Source: Nitrospirota bacterium (lineage in GTDB: Bacteria; Nitrospirota; UBA9217). Taken from it: a stretch of DNA of 64,000 nucleotides. The notes beneath the pieces are model-generated. The model had not been told where the DNA came from, made no database searches, and saw nothing but the letters and a program-made list of their open reading frames with translations. The DNA is taken from assembly GCA_963663225.1 (NCBI GenBank), contig OY760142.1, positions 1,056,001-1,120,000 of the forward strand. Direction: 5' to 3'. Within the stretch, counting starts at the first letter, position 1. Every line of letters starts with the position of its first letter. Positions 29,662-38,308 of this stretch are shown here, piece after piece. A program made the translations under genes and the position numbers.

Positions 29662-31585
29662 ATCGCGTTCGCTCCTTCTTTTCCAGTTCGTCCTTCACCG
29701 TCGGAAAAGCATCAATGTTTGTATGTGGCAAAAAAAGCGCTGAAAGATATTCATCCATGAAGCTGCGCAGCGAAGAAAGCTCAAGATAAGTCATTTTTTT
29801 TGCGATTTCTTCCGCTTCCTTGCGCAGCCGGTCGCACAGCAGCGCGTAGTAGGCGCCCATGATGGAAGTGTTGCCGAGAAACTGGAATTTGTCCACTGGC
29901 AGATCGGGAAGCATCCCGATTACAATTGCTCGCTCCACGTCAAGATACCGTCCGAACCCTCCGGCGATATAGATGGCGTCAATATCGGCGAAGGCCAGGT
30001 CCATCTGCGCAAGCAGTGTCGCGAAGCCCGCGTAGATAGCACCCTTTGCGCGAACAAGATTATCAAGGTCTGCTTCGGTAATCACGATCTCCTTGTTGAC
30101 AGAGCTTTCCACACGCCAAGCAAGCACAAACTCAAGCCCGTTTTCACCCCGCCGGATGCGGTTGGAGCCGGTTTCCTCCCGCAGTTTTCCCTTTTGATTT
30201 ATGACGCCGCTTAGATACATCTCGGCGAGCGCGTCGATCAGGCCCGAACCGCAAATGCCGGCGGGCTTCACGCCGCCGATGACCCGGAGATGCACATCAA
30301 AGGTCTCCGGATCGATTTCCACTTCCTCGATGGCCCCTTCCATGGCCCGCATGCCGAACTTGATGCCGCTCCCCTCGAAGGCCGGGCCCGCCGAACACGC
30401 GGCGGTCACCAGCCAGTCTCTGTTGCCGAGGACGATTTCACCGTTCGTGCCGATATCGATGAACAGAGAGACGGTCTCTTTCTTGTGCATCTGCGACACA
30501 AGGACTCCCGCGGTTATATCGCCGCCGACATAGCTCGCGACGTTCGGCATGGCATACACGATCGCCTGCGGATGCACCTGAAGTCCCACGCTCAGACCGC
30601 GGACAAGAGGAAACAGTGCGGCTGTAGGAATGTACGGTTCTTCGCGGATGTAGCGCGGATCCACGCCGAAAAACAGGTGCTGCATGGTTGTGTTTCCGGC
30701 TACCACGATGTAATCGATCATCCCGGTTGGAACGGCGTGCGTCGCGGCAAGTTCGGCCAAAAGCGAGTTGATGTTCTTCGCAACAAGCCCCTGAAGCTCC
30801 TTGAGTCCGTCTCGCTCTGTTGCATACACGATGCGCGTAATAACATCGTCCCCGCATGACCCCTGGCTGTTATAGGTGGCGGCAGCACCGATGACGCGGC
30901 CGCTTGTCATCTCAACAAGATAGGCAACGATGGTGGTCGTGCCGATGTCCACGGCAGCGCCGTAGCAGACGCCGGAGGCATTCCCCGGAAAAATATCGAG
31001 CACTTCGAGGGCGCCGGCAATATCCATAAGCGACGCGGTGACCCGCCACTCTCCTTCGCGCAGTACGCGGGAAAGCTTGCCCAGCACCAAATGCCCCCCA
31101 TGCAGCTGTGAAGCGTCAAACCCCGCCTGCGCGACGGCGCGGCGAAGGCGCTCGTAATCTGCAATGCTGTCATCCAGCGTGGGAGGCGGTATCTCAAGAT
31201 ACACTCTCCTGATCCGCGATTCGAGACACCCGCCCGCAGACCGCATCCAGGCAAGAACGTCATCCGGATTCGCGCCCAGGGCAATTTTGTGTTTAGCATG
31301 CACGCGCGACTCAGGCGGAATTTCGATGGCAACATCGCCGACGGCCTTCGAAACACAGGCGAGCACATAGCCGCTGTCTGATTCTTCCGCGGTCAGCAGC
31401 GAGCGTGATGTTCCGCTTTCCACCCTGCCGTCCCGGACCACGACCCGGCATTTTCCGCAGGTGCCTTTTCCGCCGCACGACGAAAGGACGGAGATTCCCG
31501 TCGTCTTCATGGCATCGAGCAGGTCAGCATTGTCGTCAATGCTGACCGTGATCCGGTCAGGCAAAAATGTTATTCTGTGTTTCAT
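29660..31585 (-). CDS. ASKHA ATPase with N-terminal [2Fe-2S] domain; reductive activator of corrinoid proteins (AcsV/RACo, DUF4445)
   Basis: CGGKGTCGKC...LAC ferredoxin; DIGTTT, G.DVITRI, YVGGDITAG, DIGTNGE, SAGPAFEG, GICGSG, AGGFG. Confidence 0.9.
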   Translation of the reverse strand: MKHRITFLPDRITVSIDDNADLLDAMKTTGISVLSSCGGKGTCGKCRVVVRDGRVESGTSRSLLTAEESDSGYVLACVSKAVGDVAIEIPPESRVHAKHKIALGANPDDVLAWMRSAGGCLESRIRRVYLEIPPPTLDDSIADYERLRRAVAQAGFDASQLHGGHLVLGKLSRVLREGEWRVTASLMDIAGALEVLDIFPGNASGVCYGAAVDIGTTTIVAYLVEMTSGRVIGAAATYNSQGSCGDDVITRIVYATERDGLKELQGLVAKNINSLLAELAATHAVPTGMIDYIVVAGNTTMQHLFFGVDPRYIREEPYIPTAALFPLVRGLSVGLQVHPQAIVYAMPNVASYVGGDITAGVLVSQMHKKETVSLFIDIGTNGEIVLGNRDWLVTAACSAGPAFEGSGIKFGMRAMEGAIEEVEIDPETFDVHLRVIGGVKPAGICGSGLIDALAEMYLSGVINQKGKLREETGSNRIRRGENGLEFVLAWRVESSVNKEIVITEADLDNLVRAKGAIYAGFATLLAQMDLAFADIDAIYIAGGFGRYLDVERAIVIGMLPDLPVDKFQFLGNTSIMGAYYALLCDRLRKEAEEIAKKMTYLELSSLRSFMDEYLSALFLPHTNIDAFPTVKDELEKKERTR

Positions 31586-31766
31586 GAATCGACTATAGCA
31601 GGGGGAGCAGCGACGGTCAAGGGGATTCTGGCATGCAACAGGAATGGCGCAACCGGCTTGAGCAAAACGAACAGCAAGTTTCACTTGCAATCACGCCTGA
31701 TCTGTATTATCTTCTAGCAGCAATGCGGCAGCTGTGCATTGCGGTGAATTTGCAAGGAGAACCATA

Positions 31767-32273
31767 ATGGAAGATCTCAAAAAAGCGTATAAGCGTGCTG
31801 TGATATTAGGCCTCGCGCTGATGGGGGGCGTACTCGCAGCCGCCGGTTTTGTCGAACTTGCCGTAAGCAAGCAGGTTCCTTTTCCGCATCCGGCGCCCAT
31901 CTCGCGCGATCAGGCCGAACTGACCGTATATTTTCTGCTGGTTGTGTCCGGCGCGGTCTTTTTCGTAATTAAATACCTGCAGCAGCATTATCTCCAGGGC
32001 AGTCTGATGTTTATGCCGGACGACCGGCAGGCAACGGAAGCCGAGTTGTCCACCGCAAAGCTGCTGACTCTTTTGATTGTGGTCGTCATGTCTTACCTGC
32101 TGTGCGAAGTTCCGATGATTTTCGGTCTGGTGCTCTTTTTTCTGACGGATGGAAATGCTTTATATTTCTATATTTTCATGGTCATGTCGTTGCTGTTCTT
32201 TGCCTTTTATTTTCCCCGGTACCGTCAGTGGGAAGTCTGGATGAGAGAAAAGAAAGCAGACCCGGATGCATAG
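31767..32273 (+). CDS. Hypothetical 4-TM membrane protein
   Basis: AAGGAG RBS; four hydrophobic segments; CE.P.IFGLV and YFPR motifs. Confidence 0.7.
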   Translation: MEDLKKAYKRAVILGLALMGGVLAAAGFVELAVSKQVPFPHPAPISRDQAELTVYFLLVVSGAVFFVIKYLQQHYLQGSLMFMPDDRQATEAELSTAKLLTLLIVVVMSYLLCEVPMIFGLVLFFLTDGNALYFYIFMVMSLLFFAFYFPRYRQWEVWMREKKADPDA

Positions 32274-32310
32274 CACAAAACATGGTTAGAAAAACGCGGG
32301 ATTCCCGGAT

Positions 32311-32784
32311 ATGGGTTTAAAGCCTTGGAGAACATACTCGATCTGTATGTTCATTTTTTTGTGGGCTGGCTGTGCTTCCGCCCCGGTACAACAAGTAACC
32401 GGCTATACTCCAGCCGTCGGGGAACGGGCCGCTCGAACGGCGGCATCCATGGTCGGCATGCCTTACAAGTATCAGGGAGACAGCCCGGAAGGCTTTGACT
32501 GCAGCGGATTGGTCCGCTACAGCTATTTAACTGCCGGCCTGGATGCTCCGCATGGAACAAAGGACTTGAGAAACGCTACCCGGCTGGTTGAAAACCGGAA
32601 CTTGCAGAAGGGTGATTTGCTTTTTTTTGATGAAAAAGGCGGGAAATACTCCCACGTCGGCATTTATATCGGAAACCGGTATTTTGTACACGCACCGAGC
32701 AGCGGCAAAAAAGTCCGGAAAAACAGCCTCACTGACCCCTACTGGAAGAGCCATTTCGTTGAAGCCCGACGGTTTTACAATTGA
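32311..32784 (+). CDS. NlpC/P60 (C40) peptidoglycan endopeptidase lipoprotein
   Basis: Lipobox WAGC; G.PY.Y.G..P.GFDCSGLV, GDLLFF, SHVGIY, FVHAPS. Confidence 0.92.
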   Translation: MGLKPWRTYSICMFIFLWAGCASAPVQQVTGYTPAVGERAARTAASMVGMPYKYQGDSPEGFDCSGLVRYSYLTAGLDAPHGTKDLRNATRLVENRNLQKGDLLFFDEKGGKYSHVGIYIGNRYFVHAPSSGKKVRKNSLTDPYWKSHFVEARRFYN

Positions 32785-32830
32785 CTCATCCGAAATCCGG
32801 TTTCTTCCACCCTCCGAAAAAACGTCGCCG

Positions 32831-33496
32831 CTATTTCTTCATTGATTCCGCGTACCGCTTAAGTTCCTTGTAAAAATCCTTGCCCATGAATGTTTCGATC
32901 GTCTTTTTAAGGCTTTTGTACATCGGATCTCCGGCAGGATGCTTCATGCAGGGAATGTGGTCCAGGTAGGGCGTGTTCTGGATGGAAAGGACCTGCCTGC
33001 CGTCCTCTGTGGAATAAAACGAAAGCGGGTACTGTACGCAGTCTGCAAATTTGAACTCTTCCCAAACCAGTCCTTTTTCCATGGCATAGGTATGCACGGC
33101 ACAGTAGCGCAATCCCTCCGGGGTAGTATAGAGCAGTGAACAATCATTGTTAAACAGCAAAACGCACCGGAACTCTTTGCCGCCGAAGTTCCTCCTGATG
33201 GCCTGCGCTTCGTCTTCGTGGATTACGCACCCCGTGGGGCATTGCTTGGAGCAGATGCCGAGCACGGAACCGTTCTTTCTGATTGCCTCGCGGTTTTCTG
33301 GGGAGAGATAGGACAGAATGCCTTCAAGGTGGGCTTCAATTTTTTTTGCTTCCTGCTCCGGCACGATGCAGGAACGGTAGCAGCACTGGGATTTGCAGCC
33401 GTATTTCTCCACGTCACACCCGTAGGGGCGGGTGAAAATCTCCGGATTCACGAGAACTGAAGCAATTTCAACAAAACCACTCTCTGCAGAAGACAT
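32831..33496 (-). CDS. DUF3109-like Cys-rich protein (putative Fe-S/Zn binding)
   Basis: CD....CK..CC, C.LL, CAVH, C.QYP pattern; GGGAGG RBS before ATG 33496. Confidence 0.7.
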   Translation of the reverse strand: MSSAESGFVEIASVLVNPEIFTRPYGCDVEKYGCKSQCCYRSCIVPEQEAKKIEAHLEGILSYLSPENREAIRKNGSVLGICSKQCPTGCVIHEDEAQAIRRNFGGKEFRCVLLFNNDCSLLYTTPEGLRYCAVHTYAMEKGLVWEEFKFADCVQYPLSFYSTEDGRQVLSIQNTPYLDHIPCMKHPAGDPMYKSLKKTIETFMGKDFYKELKRYAESMKK

Positions 33497-33668
33497 AAAC
33501 AACCTCCCGGGAAAAGCTATGGTGTGCCGTGCCGGCCGCGCAGCGCAATTCGTGACGTCTGAAAAACGGTAGGACGATGGTGTCGGCAGCTGCTTTCCGG
33601 CCTTCACTCGCCTCTGTTCAGGCGCCCGGTCCTCCTCACAAGCCCCCGCACGCCCGGCGAAGCAACGC

Positions 33669-33697
33669 ATTGTAAGACTATACGGACGGCTTGTAAA
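33669..33697 (-). promoter_or_regulatory. sigma70 promoter giving a roughly 165-nt leader for the DUF3109 gene
   Basis: Minus strand TTTACA-N17-TACAAT. Confidence 0.65.
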
Positions 33698-33849
33698 GTT
33701 TTTTTTCCGCTGCCTCAGTTTTTACTTGCATTTGATGAAAAAAAGAGTATATTGCGCAACAAAAAATGAATGCGGAAACGTTGCTGCAGGCCTCGCAGGG
33801 CGCGGCTGAAATCGACTTTGAAAAAAATGAGCGCGTTTCATTTTTATTC

Positions 33850-33878
33850 TTGACAAAGAGTAGTATTTTTGATAAATG
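33850..33878 (+). promoter_or_regulatory. Putative sigma70 promoter for the polyamine operon
   Basis: TTGACA-N17-TAAATG with TG extension; a second candidate TTGCAT-N16-TATATT at 33726-33753. Confidence 0.5.
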
Positions 33879-33895
33879 GAAACTAAAATGTGCGT

Positions 33896-33997
33896 GGGTT
33901 GGCGCCGCCGGAAGTTCCGGCGGATTTGATTCGGACGCTAGCCCTTCCGTAAGAACGGAAGGCGGTGCTCGCAGAATCCCGGCACTGTCGGGAAGCA
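33896..33997 (+). ncRNA. Candidate structured 5' leader of speD (family unrecognised)
   Basis: Four stems of 7-9 bp in about 100 nt directly before the AAGGAGG RBS (details in findings). Confidence 0.45.
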
Positions 33998-34028
33998 TGC
34001 TCGGCGGGCGGAGAAGGAGGCAAACAGG

Positions 34029-34457
34029 TTGCACGCGTTGGGTACCCACTTGTTGTTAGAGTTGCGGGATTGCAACCCCAAGACCCTCAGTAATCTGGAA
34101 TTTGTGCAGGAAACTCTCAAAAATGCCGCGCTTGAGGCAAAGGCGACGATTGTAGAAGTCGCTTTCCACGAATTCAGCCCCTTTGGCATCAGCGGGATGG
34201 TCGTCATTGCTGAATCCCACCTTGCCATCCACACCTGGCCGGAATACGGCTATGCAGCAGTCGATGTCTTCACCTGCGGAGACCTGATTGATCCCCGGGT
34301 TGCCGCTCAATACCTCATTGAAAAATTCGAATCTGGAAATCCCTCCATCGTCGAGATGAAGCGGGGCATTCTGGGCAACGAAAAGCTTCCCCACAAGGCA
34401 CAGCCAGGAGAATCTCTCAAGCATGATAGAACCGAAGAGCTACAAGTGGTTCATTGA
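34029..34457 (+). CDS. speD: S-adenosylmethionine decarboxylase proenzyme (class 1B, pyruvoyl)
   Basis: GTHLLLE, H.F.P.G.SG.VVIAESHL.IHTWPEYGYAAVDVFTCG; TTG start after AAGGAGG. Confidence 0.95.
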   Translation: MHALGTHLLLELRDCNPKTLSNLEFVQETLKNAALEAKATIVEVAFHEFSPFGISGMVVIAESHLAIHTWPEYGYAAVDVFTCGDLIDPRVAAQYLIEKFESGNPSIVEMKRGILGNEKLPHKAQPGESLKHDRTEELQVVH

Positions 34458-35343
34458 GTACACGAGCCCTGAAGAGGGCCATCTGCACGGCATCCGCATG
34501 ATCCATTATGCAAACCAGACGAAATACCAGCGTATGGAAATCATGGACAGCGGAAGCTATGGGAGATGCCTCGTCCTGGACGGAAAAATGCAATCGTCGT
34601 TGACCGATGAGTTCATTTACCATGAAGCATTGGTCCACCCGGCACTCCTCACCCATCCGAACCCCAAAAGGGTCTTTATCGTGGGAGGAGGCGAAGGCGC
34701 CACGCTTCGCGAAGTCTTGCGTCATAAAAGCGTGGAATACTGCATGATGGTTGATATTGACCAGGAAGTGGTTGAAAAATCCAAGGAACTTCTCCCGGAG
34801 TGGCATCAGGGGGCCTTTGATGATCCCCGGACCGATCTCAGGTTCATGGACGCCCGAAAGTACCTTGAAGAGACCACGGACACCTATGATGCAATCATTA
34901 TCGATATATCCGAGCCTGTTGAAGAGGGGCCTGCCTATCTCCTCTTCACACGGGAGTTTTATGAAATTGTAAAAGAACGGCTCAGCCCTGACGGGACCAT
35001 ATCGCTTCAGGCCGGAACAACGGCCCTGCACCAGCTGTTGAATTTTACCGCGGTCAATAAAACCTTGAGTGCAGTTTTCCCCGTGGTCTGCCCGTATAAT
35101 GTCTCTATTCCTTCCTTCGGCCTTCCGTGGGGCTTCACTCTTGCCTCCAAGAATATCGATCCGAGCAAATTCGACCCCAAAGAGTTGGACGCAATGATCA
35201 AGAAACGGATCAAAGGCGAGAACCGGTATTATGACGGCATCACCAACCAGGGCATGTACATGCTGCCCAAACATATCCGCAAGGCTTTGGCTGCAGAAAC
35301 CAGGATCATAGAGGACAACGCTCCCCTCTTTACGTACCATTAG
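34423..35343 (+). CDS. speE: Polyamine aminopropyltransferase (spermidine synthase family)
   Basis: T.YQ, LVLDG..Q, DEFIYHEALVHP, GGGEGATLREVL, DID, D.II.D..EP. Confidence 0.93.
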   Translation: MIEPKSYKWFIEYTSPEEGHLHGIRMIHYANQTKYQRMEIMDSGSYGRCLVLDGKMQSSLTDEFIYHEALVHPALLTHPNPKRVFIVGGGEGATLREVLRHKSVEYCMMVDIDQEVVEKSKELLPEWHQGAFDDPRTDLRFMDARKYLEETTDTYDAIIIDISEPVEEGPAYLLFTREFYEIVKERLSPDGTISLQAGTTALHQLLNFTAVNKTLSAVFPVVCPYNVSIPSFGLPWGFTLASKNIDPSKFDPKELDAMIKKRIKGENRYYDGITNQGMYMLPKHIRKALAAETRIIEDNAPLFTYH

Positions 35344-35348
35344 AGGCC

Positions 35349-36833
35349 ATGAATCCTCCTCCTTCCCGATTTGAGGATGAACAATTCCGCACTCCGCTGT
35401 TTGACGCGATGGTCAACCTCGCGGAGAGCCGTAAAGTATCCTTTCACACCCCCGGACATAAGAGCGGCAAAGGCATATCGACCCGTTTCCGTAAATTCGT
35501 CGGCCACCGCATCTTTTCCATTGACCTCACGACTCTCGATGAAGTCGATTCACTCCAAAACCCGACCGGAGTCATCAAGGAAGCTCAGGAACTGGCCGCG
35601 AAAGCCGCAGGAGCAGACCGGTCCTATTTCCTTGTAAACGGAACAACCGTCGGAAACCATGCCATGGTCGCTTCCACGACGGGACCGGGCGATAAAGTGC
35701 TTATCGCAAGAAACTGCCATCGGTCGGTGCTCACCGGACTGATCGTGAGCGGCGCACAGCCGATTTTTTTCCAGCCGATTTTTGACCGGGATCTCAAACT
35801 CACCCTGAATATGACCTTCGAGACCGTTAAACAGGCCATAGACGAAAATCCCGGCGCACGGGCGCTGCTGATCACAAGCCCGAATTACTACGGCCTCTGC
35901 GCAGACATCGAAAAAATCATCCCCTACGCTCATGAGAAGGGGCTTATCGTGCTCATGGACGAAGCACACGGCCCGCACCTCAAATTCAATCCGAAATTGC
36001 CGAAATGCGCCCTGGAAACAGGCGCGGACATGTGTGTCCAGTCAACCCATAAAATCGTCGGGGGCATGACCCAGGCCTCCATGCTGCACGCAAATACCGG
36101 GCGGATCAATATCGACGATGTCACCAACACCCTCAAGCTGCTCCAGACCACCAGCCCGTCGTACATTCTGATGGCTTCTCTTGACCTCGCCCGCATGCAA
36201 ATGGCCACGGAAGGCAAAAAACTGTTAAACCGGACCATAAAACTGGCGGAAGAGGCCCGTGCAGAAATCAACAAAATTCCCGGCATCTCCTGTTTCAGCA
36301 AGGAACGGGCAAAGCAGTCCGGGATGGCCGATATGGACGTCACCAAGCTGACCATTACCGTTTCCGACCTGGGGCTGTCGGGCTATACCGTCTCCCAGAT
36401 GCTCAACACCCGCTTCGACATTCAGGTCGAGATGGCGGATCCCTTCCATGTGCTCGTAATCGTGTCCATCGGAGACCGGCAGGACGACCTGAACCGGCTT
36501 GTGGACGCGCTCCGCCAGATTGCCGCAGAAACCGGCCTTCAGGGAGCCCTGCTGCCGCTCGACAAGGTCCACCCGCCGGTTCTTCAGAACCGCTTTGCCA
36601 TGACCCCGCGCGAAGCGTTTTACTACGATACCGAGATGGTAGGCATTAATCAGGCAATCGGCAGAGTCTCCGCTGAAATCGTGACTGTTTATCCTCCCGG
36701 CATCCCGCTGCTCGTTCCCGGCGAAGAAATTTCACAGGACGCCATCGATTATCTCAGGAACATGGCCGGTCTCGGTGCCATCATAGACGGAATGAACGAA
36801 AATAATTCCCTGGTACGCGTGGTAAAAACATAG
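35349..36833 (+). CDS. PLP-dependent Arg/Lys/Orn decarboxylase (fold type I, wing-less)
   Basis: FHTPGHK, FLVNGTT, RNCH.S, DEAHG, QSTHK (PLP lysine), TTSPSY, YPPGIP. Confidence 0.9.
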   Translation: MNPPPSRFEDEQFRTPLFDAMVNLAESRKVSFHTPGHKSGKGISTRFRKFVGHRIFSIDLTTLDEVDSLQNPTGVIKEAQELAAKAAGADRSYFLVNGTTVGNHAMVASTTGPGDKVLIARNCHRSVLTGLIVSGAQPIFFQPIFDRDLKLTLNMTFETVKQAIDENPGARALLITSPNYYGLCADIEKIIPYAHEKGLIVLMDEAHGPHLKFNPKLPKCALETGADMCVQSTHKIVGGMTQASMLHANTGRINIDDVTNTLKLLQTTSPSYILMASLDLARMQMATEGKKLLNRTIKLAEEARAEINKIPGISCFSKERAKQSGMADMDVTKLTITVSDLGLSGYTVSQMLNTRFDIQVEMADPFHVLVIVSIGDRQDDLNRLVDALRQIAAETGLQGALLPLDKVHPPVLQNRFAMTPREAFYYDTEMVGINQAIGRVSAEIVTVYPPGIPLLVPGEEISQDAIDYLRNMAGLGAIIDGMNENNSLVRVVKT

Positions 36834-36858
36834 TTTTCCCGTCTGAAGGAGCACATAC

Positions 36859-37485
36859 ATGATACGGCGTCTTCGCACGTATTTCGTGCAAAGTCTCATC
36901 TGCCTTATTACCGCACTTCTGTTCCTGCCTTTTCATGCCTCCGCAGAAAACAATACTTCCTGCATCCTGGACGATGAAGAATATTCCGTTATTGCCGCAG
37001 TATTGTTTCGTGCGGAACACAATATGGCTGCGCTCAAAAAAAAGCCGTACTCTAAACACGATCAAGACCTTGACGGCATCCCCTCTTCCTTTATTTTGCT
37101 CTCCGATGTGACCCGACAGGAAAAATTGGACAATCCTGCACCGGACGCAGGCATGATTGCAGACTATAATCGGAAGAATGCCGACATTTGCAGCATTGAC
37201 AAAAAAAAGCTGCAAGCCCTTGTTCCGGAAAAGAGCAGAATCAGCTTTATCAGTCCGGGAGCGTGGAGGAATAGCAGGGAGGAAGCCCTTCGGAATCAGT
37301 CCCTGTCTTCCGGCCTCACCTCTGTTTCCCGGCCCGGTTTTAATGCAAATAACACCCGTGCCGTTATACAGATAAACCATATTGCCGATTTTGAAATGGG
37401 CGCCGGCTACCTGGTGTATCTGGAAAAAAACCCTTCGGACAACGTGTGGATTCTTACCGGCGCTGTGCTGAACCGCATATATTGA
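36859..37485 (+). CDS. Exported hypothetical protein
   Basis: GAAGGAG RBS; signal peptide ending A-S-A; SRPGFN....A motif. Confidence 0.65.
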   Translation: MIRRLRTYFVQSLICLITALLFLPFHASAENNTSCILDDEEYSVIAAVLFRAEHNMAALKKKPYSKHDQDLDGIPSSFILLSDVTRQEKLDNPAPDAGMIADYNRKNADICSIDKKKLQALVPEKSRISFISPGAWRNSREEALRNQSLSSGLTSVSRPGFNANNTRAVIQINHIADFEMGAGYLVYLEKNPSDNVWILTGAVLNRIY

Positions 37486-37560
37486 TCAACCTGTTTGCGA
37501 TATGGTGCAGAGATTGGAAGCATATAGTTTTCTCCTCGACATATGCAAGCGCTTCAAATC

Positions 37561-37589
37561 TTGACGACACCGGAGCCATTGATTATACT
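37561..37589 (+). promoter_or_regulatory. sigma70 promoter for the USP gene
   Basis: TTGACG-N17-TATACT. Confidence 0.6.
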
Positions 37590-37673
37590 GTAAAAAAGAC
37601 AGCTCAAAACCTATGACGGCAGCGGTACAGACAGATCAGGAAAACCGGCTGCCGTGTATACAGGAGCATGCAC

Positions 37674-38144
37674 ATGAAGCAGGGCATACTGGTACCTTTT
37701 GATGGTTCGGCAAATGCCGTCGAAGCAGTGCGGGTGGCAATTGAAATGGCCAAAGTTTTTAAAGAAAAAATAACGCTGCTCAATGTCCAGCACAGCTACG
37801 AGACACTGCACACCAAAATGTTTTTTGACAAAGTGCAGATCCATGATTATCAGCTGCAGCAGGCAGAGGAAATAATGCGCCCGGCACTGGATGTTCTCAA
37901 ACAGTCCGGCGTTGATTTTTCCAGCAAGATGCGGGTCGGCGATCCGCGCGACCAGATCATCAGGGAGGCTCAAAGCGACTGCGAGCAGGGAAAGGCCTGC
38001 ATGCTCCAGGGTATGCGATGGATCGTAATGGGGTCGAGGGGCCTGAATGCTTTTCTGGGAAGCGTAATAGGCAGTGTGAGCATGGGAGTTTTGCATGGGG
38101 CGCCCTGCCCGGTTGTGATTGTTCCTTATTCCTGCCAGACCTGA
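37674..38144 (+). CDS. Universal stress protein (single domain)
   Basis: ILVPFDGS..A..A, GDP...I, IVMGSRG......IGSVS..VL..APCPV. Confidence 0.9.
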   Translation: MKQGILVPFDGSANAVEAVRVAIEMAKVFKEKITLLNVQHSYETLHTKMFFDKVQIHDYQLQQAEEIMRPALDVLKQSGVDFSSKMRVGDPRDQIIREAQSDCEQGKACMLQGMRWIVMGSRGLNAFLGSVIGSVSMGVLHGAPCPVVIVPYSCQT

Positions 38145-38308
38145 CAGAGAAACGCGAGCATCTTATAAAGAGGGGGCAGGAGCCTTGTAATACAAACTGA
38201 TCCAGGCTCCCTATTTCCGTATCTCTGAAGTTCTTCTTACTATGCAAAACAAAAAAACATCTCTCCGGCAAACCCAAAAATCTATATGCATCCGGCAAGA
38301 GGGAAGAA

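Noticed and set aside
33583-33606. Minus-strand AAGGCCGGAAAGCAGC resembles SRP (4.5S) RNA domain IV
   Set aside because: The 3' GGA strand needed to close the GGAA tetraloop (CAGGUCCGGAAGGAAGCAGC) is missing, so the helix cannot form.
34360-34457. speD/speE 35-nt overlap as a possible polyamine-responsive +1 frameshift giving a fusion
   Set aside because: speE has its own ATG with an upstream AGGAG, and there is no shifty stop or clear slippery site; simple overlap is enough.
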